Below, one piece after another: positions 1 through 7,889 of a stretch of DNA of 64,000 nucleotides. The position numbers and the translations under genes are program-made. Source of the DNA: Betaproteobacteria bacterium (GTDB taxonomy: Bacteria; Pseudomonadota; Gammaproteobacteria; Burkholderiales; JAEUOS01); NCBI GenBank assembly GCA_028292405.1, contig JAQGMJ010000028.1:48676-112675 (forward strand), written 5' to 3'. The first letter of the stretch is position 1, and every line of letters starts with the position of its first letter. The notes beneath the pieces were generated by a model. That model made no database searches. It was not told the DNA's origin and worked only from the letters and a program-made list of their open reading frames with translations.

Positions 1-51
1 CGGATGATCACCGGTGAAGTGCTCAAGGTCAATGCCGGCAACCTGATGTAG
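1..51 (+). CDS. 3' end of probable SDR-family oxidoreductase (partial)
   Basis: Frame 1 reads RMITGEVLKVNAGNLM*, like the ITG..l.VdGG C-terminus of SDRs. Confidence 0.6.
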   Translation, partial: RMITGEVLKVNAGNLM

Positions 52-76
52 GCCGGTCGCGCTGCCCGGGAGGGCG

Positions 77-323
77 GCGCGACCACGTTTGTTGTAAACC
101 CTATTAAACCTGAGATTTTTCGCGAATCTCGCGAGGCCGCACCGGCCGAAACCATACAAAACCTGAGGTTTTTCGGGAAATCCGGCAGACGCCGCGCGAC
201 CACGGTTGTGTTGGATGGCGCAACCTAGGCGAACTTTATTCAGGCACTGGCCACGTGCATCGGCGGCATCAGCACACGGTCGCGCGATGCCGCGCCGCGC
301 TGCGGGCACCACAACTGTTGTAA
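77..323. repeat. Intergenic direct repeats containing palindromes
   Basis: ~35-bp imperfect direct repeat at 96-130 and 149-183. The second copy holds the perfect palindrome AAAACCT-G-AGGTTTT (158-172). A related ACCAC..TGTT(G) motif occurs at ~82, ~199 and ~308. Confidence 0.6.
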
Positions 324-486
324 GTCTCAGCAAACTCCCGCCCGCCGTTCCATATGCCGGAAAAGCGCGGCGCCGGGGATGTTGAATTGCACGCATGTCC
401 TGGTCACTAACATACGCTGGTTCGCCGCTTATGTGTGGGCGATTTGCATCCGGTTTACGCCGTAGCCAGCAGCGGCAACAGGCTGC

Positions 487-675
487 GGGACGCTTTGCAT
501 CAGCGCCTGCATTTTCAATTTGGCGCCCTGATCATCGCGGCTGGCGCACGAAGGCATCATCGAGTTGCGCCAGGCCGGCGTTGCCCGCCACCAATGGCGA
601 GGCCAGTGCGAATTCGACGCTGAACTTGGCCTCCAGGCCGGTCTGCGGCAAATGGTTGCGCATGATGTTGGCGTT
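487..675 (-). pseudogene. MmgE/PrpD-family C-terminal fragment
   Basis: Reverse strand reads NIMRNHLPQTGLEAKFSVEFALASPLVAGNAGLAQLDDAFVRQPR*, then MQALMQSV after a short insertion. No N-terminal part is present. Confidence 0.7.
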
Positions 676-679
676 ACCA

Positions 680-1060
680 CCGGCAAGGACCTGGGCGCCA
701 CCAACATCCAGGGCCCGCTGGCCATGGCGCGCGCCAAGCCCGGCAGCCGGAACTTTTGATCGCCGGGCGCCGCAGCATCAATCACCTGGCGGGCGAATTG
801 TTCGACCAGCGCGCCGGCATCAGCATGACGCACGTGCCGCACAAAGGCGGCGCGCCGGCGGTGGCGGACCTGTTGGGCGGAAAGGTGCAGGTGTTCTTTG
901 CTTCGGTGCCGAACATGCTGCCGCACATCAAGGCGGACCGGGTCAAGCTGCTGGCCGCCACATCAAAAGAGCGTTCGCCGCAATTCCCGCATACGCCGAC
1001 GGTGGCGGAGTCTGGCGTGGCGGTTGGCGGCTGGTCCAGCGCAATTATCGCCCAGGCGCC
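680..1060 (+). pseudogene. Bug/TctC solute receptor fragment
   Basis: AMARAKPGSRNF* (stop at 757-759), a frameshift, then NHLAGELF...HVPHKGGAPAVADLLGGKV...PTVAESG. Both termini are missing. Confidence 0.8.
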
Positions 1061-1118
1061 GTGGCCGGCACCGGGCCTGACCTACAATAGCGCCATCGCA
1101 CTTCACGGAACCGGCCGG

Positions 1119-1859
1119 ATGGTCAGAATGGTCAGCCCCAAGAAAACCAAGAATCCAGTGCCCGCCCAATCGGCCATCGGCCAGCTTGCCAAGTCCCTGC
1201 CCACCATGGTGGCGGGGCAGTTGCTGCAGGCCATCCTCGAGGGCCGCCTGGCGCCGGGCACGCGCCTGACCGAGATCGAGCTGGCGGCCGAACATGCGGT
1301 GAGCCGCGCCACCATTCGCGAGGCGCTGACGCAACTTGAGCGCCAGCGCTTTGTCGAGCGGGTGCCGCGTTACGGCGCGCGGGTGGCGGCGGTTTCCAAC
1401 GACGAGGTGCTGGAGATTTACCAGTTGCGCGCGGTGGTGTTCGGCCTGGCCTGCCGCCTGGCATGCCAGCACGCCACGGCCGCCGAACTGGGCGCATTCG
1501 AGGCGGCGGTGCGCGAGATGGAGGCGCTTTCCGTCAAAGCTTCGACCACCGCCAAGAGCTATATGGAACGCTCGATCGCCGCGCAGCAGATGATCATCGG
1601 CCTGTCGCACAGCCGGCGCGTCGGCGAGATGTACGAGCAACTCACCAGCCTGACCCTGTGGCTGGCGATGATCCGCCAGACCGGCCTGGGCTTTGCCACG
1701 CCGAAGCGCCGCAAGGACTCGGCGGCGGACTGGCGGCGCATGGCCGACGCCATGGCAGCGCACGACGCGCCTGCCAGCGAGGCCGCCGCCAGCGCGCTGA
1801 TGACGGCCTCGGGCCAGTATGTCTGGGAACAGTTGAAGAGGACCGCCAGGCGCGCCTGA
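1119..1859 (+). CDS. GntR/FCD-family transcriptional regulator
   Basis: wHTH motif GRLAPGTRLTEIELAAEHAVSRATIREAL and an FCD-like C-terminus. TACAAT at 1083-1088 lies just upstream. Start is 1119 or 1128. Confidence 0.9.
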   Translation: MVRMVSPKKTKNPVPAQSAIGQLAKSLPTMVAGQLLQAILEGRLAPGTRLTEIELAAEHAVSRATIREALTQLERQRFVERVPRYGARVAAVSNDEVLEIYQLRAVVFGLACRLACQHATAAELGAFEAAVREMEALSVKASTTAKSYMERSIAAQQMIIGLSHSRRVGEMYEQLTSLTLWLAMIRQTGLGFATPKRRKDSAADWRRMADAMAAHDAPASEAAASALMTASGQYVWEQLKRTARRA

Positions 1860-1919
1860 CCGCTTCCGGTTGAGATTGCCGTGCCGCCATGGCGCTGCCA
1901 TGTTGCGGTGCGAAAAGCA

Positions 1920-1935
1920 CGATTGTCGACAATCG
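1920..1935. promoter_or_regulatory. GntR-type operator CGATTGTCGACAATCG
   Basis: Perfect 16-bp palindrome with a TTGTCGACAA core, typical of FadR/FCD GntR sites. It lies between the GntR gene and leuC. Confidence 0.75.
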
Positions 1936-2020
1936 ACATAACTGCGGTTAAAGTACTGTTTCAGCCACATTGCGGCCCGGCCTTTGGCGCCGGCGCGCGC
2001 ACAGCCATCGAAAGACCCCC

Positions 2021-3424
2021 ATGAGCGGAAAGACCCTGTTCGAGAAAATCTGGGACTCACACATGATCGCCGAGCGCGAAGGCGGCGAGGCCCTGCTGTA
2101 TGTGGACCGCAACCTTTTGCACGAGGGCCCGTTCTACGCCTTCGATGCGCTCAAGCGCGAAGGCCGCCAGGTGCACCGGCCCTTGCAGACCATCGCCTTC
2201 TCGGACCATTACGTGCCGACCACCGCGCGCGCGATGGGCTCGGCCGGCATCAAGGACGGCGAGGCGCGGGTGATGGTGGAGCAGCTGGCGCGCAACTCGC
2301 GCGCCACCGGCATCGTGCACTTCGGCCTGCAGGACGAGGAGCAGGGCATCATGCACGTCGCCGGGGCGGAGCTGGGCTTGTGCGAGCCGGGCATGCTGAT
2401 GGGCGGTGCCGACTCGCATACCTCGACCAACGGTGCCTTCGGCCTGTTCGGCTTCGGCGTCGGCGCCTCGCAGGTGAAGCACATCCTGGCGACGCAGACG
2501 CTGTGGTTCTCCAAGCCGAAGAACATGCGCGTGACGGTGGACGGCACCCTCGGCCCGCTGGTGTCGGGCAAGGACCTGATCCTGGCGATCATCGCGCAAA
2601 TCGGCATCGACGGCGGCATCGGCCATGTGATCGAGTATGCCGGTTCGGCGATCCGCGCGCTGTCGATGGAAGGGCGCATGACGGTGTGCAACATGACGAT
2701 CGAGGCCGGGGCGCGCTCCGGCATGATCTGCCCGGACCAGACCACCTACGACTACCTGGGCAATACGCGGTACGGGCCGAAGGGCGACGACTGGAAGGCG
2801 GCGCTGGCCTACTGGAAGACGCTGCCCACGGATGCCGATGCGCGGTTCGACCGCGAGGTGCGCCTGGACGGCAATGCGCTGGAGCCGATGGTCACGTGGG
2901 GCACGAACCAGGACGAAGCTATCGGCATTTCCGGCCGGGTGCCGGAGCCGGCCTCGTTCGCCGACCCGGCGCGGCGCGAGCGCGCGGCGGAGGCCCAGGC
3001 GTATATGCAAATCAAGCCGGGCACGGCGATGCGCGATATCGCGGTGGACCGGGTGTTCATCGGCTCGTGCACCAATGCGCGCATCGAGGACCTGCGGATC
3101 GCCGCGAAACTGGCGCAGGGGCAAAAGGCGCGGGTGCCGACCATCGTGGTGCCGGGTTCGATGACGGTGAAGCGCGCGGCGGAGAGCGAGGGCCTGCACG
3201 AGATATTCCTCGCCGCCGGCTTCGAGTGGCGCGACGCCGGCTGCTCGATGTGCACCGGTTCCAATGGAGACAAGGTGCCTTCGGGCGAACGCTGCGCTTC
3301 CACCTCCAACCGCAATTTCGAGGGCCGCCAGGGGCGCGGCTCGATGACCCACCTGGTGAGCCCGGCTTCAGCCGTGGCCGCCGCCGTCACCGGCCGCCTG
3401 GCCGATGCAAGGGAGATCGCATGA
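2021..3424 (+). CDS. leuC: 3-isopropylmalate dehydratase-like large subunit (aconitase family)
   Basis: KTLFEKIWDSH, DSHT, Fe-S cysteines in GSCTN and GCSMC, STSNRNFEGRQG. Probably a catabolic paralog. Confidence 0.9.
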   Translation: MSGKTLFEKIWDSHMIAEREGGEALLYVDRNLLHEGPFYAFDALKREGRQVHRPLQTIAFSDHYVPTTARAMGSAGIKDGEARVMVEQLARNSRATGIVHFGLQDEEQGIMHVAGAELGLCEPGMLMGGADSHTSTNGAFGLFGFGVGASQVKHILATQTLWFSKPKNMRVTVDGTLGPLVSGKDLILAIIAQIGIDGGIGHVIEYAGSAIRALSMEGRMTVCNMTIEAGARSGMICPDQTTYDYLGNTRYGPKGDDWKAALAYWKTLPTDADARFDREVRLDGNALEPMVTWGTNQDEAIGISGRVPEPASFADPARRERAAEAQAYMQIKPGTAMRDIAVDRVFIGSCTNARIEDLRIAAKLAQGQKARVPTIVVPGSMTVKRAAESEGLHEIFLAAGFEWRDAGCSMCTGSNGDKVPSGERCASTSNRNFEGRQGRGSMTHLVSPASAVAAAVTGRLADAREIA

Positions 3425-4089
3425 GCGCCGTTGCCGCTTTCACCACCTTTACGGCGGTAGCCGCGCCGGTGTTCCAGGCGAATGTGGATACGGACAAGCT
3501 GATTCCGCACAAGTTTTTGCGCAAGCCCTTGTCCGCCGGTTATCGCAACTTTCTGTTTTACGACCAGCGCTTTGCCGAGGACGGCAGCGAGAAGGATTTC
3601 ATCCTCAATCGCGCGCCGTTCGACAAGGCCGGCATCCTGCTTTCGGGGCGCAACTTCGGCTGCGGCTCGACCCGCGAAGGGGCGATCTATGCGCTGCAGG
3701 ACTTCGGCATCCGCTGCGTGATCGCGCCTTCCTTTGGCGATATTTTCTACGCTAATTGTTTGCAGAATGGTTTGTTGCCGGTGGTGATTGGCGATGCGCA
3801 AGCCGAGAAGCTCAATGCGCATCTCGAAGCCCATCCCGGCGCGCAAGTGTCGGTCGATCTCGCCGCGCAAACGGTGACGCTACCCTACGGCGAGACGTTG
3901 CGCTTCGAGATCGACGCGCAGCGCAAGGAACAGTTGCTCAAGGGGCTGGACGACATCGGCATCACGCAACAATATTCGACACAGATCGACCAGTTCGAAG
4001 CCGCGCACAAGAAGCGCCAGCCCTGGCTGTTTCGGGCGCAGCCGGAATTGACGGATACGCGGGCGACGCTGAAGGAGGGGGTGAGCTGA
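3421..4089 (+). CDS. leuD: 3-isopropylmalate dehydratase-like small subunit
   Basis: NVDTDKLIP, NFGCGSTRE, SFGDIFYANC. ATGA overlap with leuC. Confidence 0.9.
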   Translation: MSAVAAFTTFTAVAAPVFQANVDTDKLIPHKFLRKPLSAGYRNFLFYDQRFAEDGSEKDFILNRAPFDKAGILLSGRNFGCGSTREGAIYALQDFGIRCVIAPSFGDIFYANCLQNGLLPVVIGDAQAEKLNAHLEAHPGAQVSVDLAAQTVTLPYGETLRFEIDAQRKEQLLKGLDDIGITQQYSTQIDQFEAAHKKRQPWLFRAQPELTDTRATLKEGVS

Positions 4090-5075
4090 TGCGGGCAAGG
4101 CATTTCGCTCAAGCGCTGGCGCTTGCCGCCGGACTGACATGCGGTGTGATGTGCGGCCTGGCTGGAGCGGCTGACACATTTCCCTCGCACCCGATCCGCT
4201 TCGTGGTGCCGGCGCCGGCGGGCGGCGCGCCGGACGAGATCGCGCGCATCGTCGGCCAGCGCCTGGGCGACCGGCTGAAGACACAGGTGGTGGTTGACAA
4301 TCGCGGCGGCGGCAACGGGGTGATCGGCTCGGAGATCGCGAAGAATGCGCCGCCGGACGGTTACACCATCGTGCTGGGCTACGCGGGGCCTTTCGGCATC
4401 AACCCCGGCTATTACCCGAACCTTACCTATGACCCGGTGAAGGACTTCGCGCCCATCACCATGCTGGCGACCAGCCAGAACATATTGGTGGTGCACCCGA
4501 GCTTTCCGGCGCGCTCGGTGAAGGAGATGATCGCGATGGCCAAGGCGAAGCCGGGGCAGATCAACTATGCGTCGGGAGGCACTGGGCAATCATCGCACTT
4601 GTCGATGGAACTGCTGATGCATATGGCGGGGATCAAGATGGTCCACATTCCGTACAAGGGGGCGGGGCCGGCGCTGGCCGATACGCTGGGCGGGCAGGTG
4701 CCGCTGCATTTCGTGGCGGTGGCGCCGGCGATTCCGCTGATCGCGGCCAAGCGCCTGATCCCGCTGGGGGTAACGGGGAGCAAGCGCATCCCTACCCTGC
4801 CGAATGTGCCGACGATTGCGGAGGCGGGATTGCCGGGCTATGAAGTGCTGACCTGGTATGCGATGTTCGCGCCGGCGGGCGTGCCCAGGCCGGTGCTGAC
4901 GCGCCTGCAGGAGGAGACCATCGCGGTGATGAAAAGCCCGGAGCTGGCCAACGTCTACCGCGAGCGCGGGCTGGAGCCGGGCGGCGAGTCGCCCGATGAG
5001 CTGGAGAAATACCTGCAGTCGGAAATCACGCGCTGGAAGGCGCTGATCAAGGCCGCGAACATCAAGACCGAATAG
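4089..5075 (+). CDS. Bug/TctC tripartite tricarboxylate transporter substrate-binding protein
   Basis: Signal peptide, FPSHPIRFVVPAPAGGAPD, PDGYTI, HIPYKGAGPA. TGATG overlap with leuD. Confidence 0.93.
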   Translation: MRARHFAQALALAAGLTCGVMCGLAGAADTFPSHPIRFVVPAPAGGAPDEIARIVGQRLGDRLKTQVVVDNRGGGNGVIGSEIAKNAPPDGYTIVLGYAGPFGINPGYYPNLTYDPVKDFAPITMLATSQNILVVHPSFPARSVKEMIAMAKAKPGQINYASGGTGQSSHLSMELLMHMAGIKMVHIPYKGAGPALADTLGGQVPLHFVAVAPAIPLIAAKRLIPLGVTGSKRIPTLPNVPTIAEAGLPGYEVLTWYAMFAPAGVPRPVLTRLQEETIAVMKSPELANVYRERGLEPGGESPDELEKYLQSEITRWKALIKAANIKTE

Positions 5076-5117
5076 ATAGCCCGCGCAAACGCGCTAGAGA
5101 CTATGGGAGACAAAGTG

Positions 5118-6095
5118 ATGAGTTCGATTCGATACCGGCGCTGCGCCATGCTGCTGGCGGCATGCGGCCTCGCTCTTGGCCAGGCCGCATGGGGCCAAGC
5201 TTTTCCGAACCGGCCGATACGCATCGTCGTCGCCTCCACCGCCGGCGGCGCGGCGGACATCATCTCGCGCCTGATGGCGCCGGACATGGCCACTACCCTG
5301 GGCCAGCAGGTGATCGTCGACAACCGGCCGGGGGCGGGCAACATTATCGGCAGCGAAGTGGTGGCGAAGGCGCCGGCTGACGGCTACACCTTGTTGATGG
5401 CGATCAACAACCACGTGATCAACGCCACGGTGTACAAGAATCTCTCCTACGACCCGATCAAGGACTTCACCGGGGTGACGCTGGTGGCGACCACGCCGCA
5501 CATGCTGGTGGTGCATCCTTCCGTGGGCGTGAAGACGGTGGATGAGTTGATCAAGAAGGCAAAGGCGGAGCCCGGCAAACTCAACTACGGCTCGGCGGGC
5601 AACGGCACCGCGGCGCAGTTCGCGGCCGAGGAGTTCAACATGCTGGCGAACGTGCGCATCACCCACGTGCCCTACAAGGGCGTGACGCCTGCGGTGACGG
5701 ACCTGGTGGCGGGCATGGTGCAGGTGATGTTTCCCGCGCCTATCACGGTGATGCCGCATCTGAAGTCCGGGCGCCTGGTGGGCCTGGCGGTGACCACCAC
5801 CAAGCGGGTGAAGCTGCTGCCGGAGTTGCCGACCTTGCAGGAGGCGGGGCTGCAGGGCTACGAGTTCAGTTCCTGGTATGGCCTGCTGGCGCCGCGCGAC
5901 ACGCCGCCGTCAGTGGTGGCCATGCTGCACAAGGCGGCGACGCATGCGATGGCGACCAAGGCGGTGACCGGGCGCCTGGTGGACGATGCCACCGAGCCGG
6001 TGGGCAATACGCCGGAACAGTTCAACCGTTTCCTCGGCGAGGAATTCGACCGCTACTCCAAGCTGGTAAAGGCGATGAACCTGAAGGTGGAGTAG
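5118..6095 (+). CDS. Bug/TctC substrate-binding protein
   Basis: FPNRPIRIVV..AGGAAD, ADGYTLL, HVPYKG. Start is 5103 or 5118. Confidence 0.92.
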   Translation: MSSIRYRRCAMLLAACGLALGQAAWGQAFPNRPIRIVVASTAGGAADIISRLMAPDMATTLGQQVIVDNRPGAGNIIGSEVVAKAPADGYTLLMAINNHVINATVYKNLSYDPIKDFTGVTLVATTPHMLVVHPSVGVKTVDELIKKAKAEPGKLNYGSAGNGTAAQFAAEEFNMLANVRITHVPYKGVTPAVTDLVAGMVQVMFPAPITVMPHLKSGRLVGLAVTTTKRVKLLPELPTLQEAGLQGYEFSSWYGLLAPRDTPPSVVAMLHKAATHAMATKAVTGRLVDDATEPVGNTPEQFNRFLGEEFDRYSKLVKAMNLKVE

Positions 6096-6161
6096 TGCTG
6101 GCCCACTGCGGCCATGCCGCGGTGGAGTTGCTAGCCCGCCGCGACCTTGCCGCGGCGGAGT
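6086..6161 (+). repeat. Degenerate 33-35 bp tandem repeat (~2.3 units)
   Basis: GG(T/C)GGAGT at 6086, 6121 and 6154, with similar intervening sequence (tgct.gccc...gcg.cc.tgccgc). Confidence 0.6.
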
Positions 6162-6385
6162 GACACTACCGGCTACGGCCGTCCAGCAATGCGCCGAATT
6201 GCGCCTCGCTTCCGGCGCTTAGCCGGGGATACCGGCCCCTAAAGAAGTCCAGACTACCAACGCGCCATAGTGCGCGCTGCTCCGGAGGCATCGCCTCCGC
6301 GCAGGACTATATCCGTCTGCCCGCTCCCGATGAGCCTCCCGTTATGGAGAGCGCTCGCGCACGTCCCTTACTCTTGGAGAAGCAC

Positions 6386-7138
6386 ATGGATATCAGTAGC
6401 ACCACCGCCACTTCGTCGCTCTGGGGTACCCCGCAGGTGAACGGCAACGGCGCCGTCGACAGCAGCAACAGCACGGCCGACGCCCCGCCCGCGCCGCCGC
6501 CCGCCGGCCACCACCATCACGGTGGCGGCGGCATGATGAAAGACGTCATGCAAACCCTGAAGGACCTCGGTCTGGACAGCAGCACCAGCACCGATGCCTC
6601 AGGCACCGACACCTCTGCCGCCAGCACCACCGGCACGGACGCCACCGGCAGCACCGACACCAGCGGCACTGCCAGCACGGACGTGAAAGCGGCGATGGGC
6701 CAGTTTATGCACGACCTGTTCCAGGCGATGCAGGGCAGCAAGGGCCAATCGTCGGATGGCGGTGACAGCAGTGCCAGCAGCAACAGCGTGGGGCCGACGC
6801 CTGCGCCGGCTTATGGCGGCATCGAGAACGCGCTGCAAAGCGTGATCGGCGGCCTGAACGGCGGCGCGTCTTCCGGCAGTTCGACCTCGGGCGATTCGTC
6901 TTCCAGCAATGGCTCGAACAGCGACGCTCTCTCCAAGTTGCAAGCGGACTTCAAGAACCTGCTCAGCGCCCTGGGGGACAAGGGCTCTTCAGGCAGTGGC
7001 GACACCAACTCGGCTACCGCCGCCAGCGGCGGCACGGTGGACCTGCAGAAGTTTCTCACCACGCTGGAACAGAAAGCACAAAGCCACGCTGGAAGCAATT
7101 TCTCGGCGGTGGGCAACAGCATCAGCACCCAGGCTTGA
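6386..7138 (+). CDS. Hypothetical Ser/Thr/Gly-rich protein with HHHH tract
   Basis: GGAG RBS before ATG 6386. Host-like codon usage. Short amphipathic helices separated by low-complexity linkers. Confidence 0.8.
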   Translation: MDISSTTATSSLWGTPQVNGNGAVDSSNSTADAPPAPPPAGHHHHGGGGMMKDVMQTLKDLGLDSSTSTDASGTDTSAASTTGTDATGSTDTSGTASTDVKAAMGQFMHDLFQAMQGSKGQSSDGGDSSASSNSVGPTPAPAYGGIENALQSVIGGLNGGASSGSSTSGDSSSSNGSNSDALSKLQADFKNLLSALGDKGSSGSGDTNSATAASGGTVDLQKFLTTLEQKAQSHAGSNFSAVGNSISTQA

Positions 7139-7146
7139 AGCCGGGT

Positions 7147-7169
7147 AGCGGGGGCGCAACGCCCCCGCT
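7147..7169. terminator. GC-rich hairpin between convergent genes
   Basis: AGCGGGGGCG-CAA-CGCCCCCGCT, a perfect 10-bp stem with no strong U tract. Confidence 0.55.
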
Positions 7170-7175
7170 TGCGCG

Positions 7176-7868
7176 CTACGCCAGCAGGCGATAGCCGACT
7201 GCTGTTTCGGTCAGCAGGTGCTTGGGCTGGGCCGGATCGTCTTCCAGCTTTTGCCTGAGATGCCCCATGAATATGCGCAGGTAGTGGCTGTCCTCGGCAT
7301 GCGAAGGGCCCCACACCTCGCGCAACAACTGGCGGTGCGTCAGCACCCGGCCGGCGTTGGCGATCAGGTGGCCGAGCAAGCGGTATTCGGTGGGCGTGAG
7401 ATGAACGGCCTCGCCGTTGCGGGTGACGGTGCGCAGCGCCAGGTCGACGGTCACATTGCCGAAATGAAATTGCGGCTCGCGCATTTCGCCCGCGCTGCGG
7501 CGCCGGCGCAGGGCCACGCGCACGCGCGCCATCAGCTCGCCGACGCCGAAGGGCTTGGTCAGGTAGTCGTCCGCGCCGGCGTCGAGCGCAGCGATCTTGT
7601 CGGTTTCTTCCGCGCGGGCGGAGAGCACGATCACCGGCACCTGCGACCAGGTACGCAAGTCACGGATGAAGTCGATGCCGTCGCCATCAGGCAGGCCCAG
7701 GTCGAGCACGACCAGGTCGGGATGGCGGGTGCCGGCCTCGACCAGGCCCTGCTTCAAAGTGCCGGTCTCGTGCACGCGCCAGCCTTCCGCCTCGAGGGAG
7801 GTGCGGACGAAGCGGCGGATCTGCTGCTCGTCCTCGACGACGACCGCGATCTGGGTGGGCTCGCTCAT
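7176..7868 (-). CDS. kdpE: Two-component response regulator KdpE
   Basis: VVEDE, LDLGLPDGDG, GADDYLTKPF, THRQLLREVWGP, YLRIFMGHLRQKLE. Confidence 0.95.
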   Translation of the reverse strand: MSEPTQIAVVVEDEQQIRRFVRTSLEAEGWRVHETGTLKQGLVEAGTRHPDLVVLDLGLPDGDGIDFIRDLRTWSQVPVIVLSARAEETDKIAALDAGADDYLTKPFGVGELMARVRVALRRRRSAGEMREPQFHFGNVTVDLALRTVTRNGEAVHLTPTEYRLLGHLIANAGRVLTHRQLLREVWGPSHAEDSHYLRIFMGHLRQKLEDDPAQPKHLLTETAVGYRLLA

Positions 7869-7889
7869 AGATGGGATGCCTTGGGGGAT

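Noticed and set aside
756-1859. Apparent Bug-GntR fusion protein (367 aa)
   Set aside because: The Bug part is a broken fragment with an upstream stop and frameshift. A TACAAT -10 element and ATGs at 1119/1128 support an independent GntR.
1984-4089. 701-aa ORF
   Set aside because: Only the last 222 aa (LeuD, from 3421) are real; the rest is an off-frame shadow of leuC.
6086-6161. Possible mini-CRISPR (also considered for 96-183)
   Set aside because: Units are degenerate, there is no array of identical repeats with unique spacers, and no cas genes are present.
6308-6333. Sigma-28 promoter TATA-N14-CCCGATGA
   Set aside because: Spacer is off by one and both boxes have mismatches; too weak to report.
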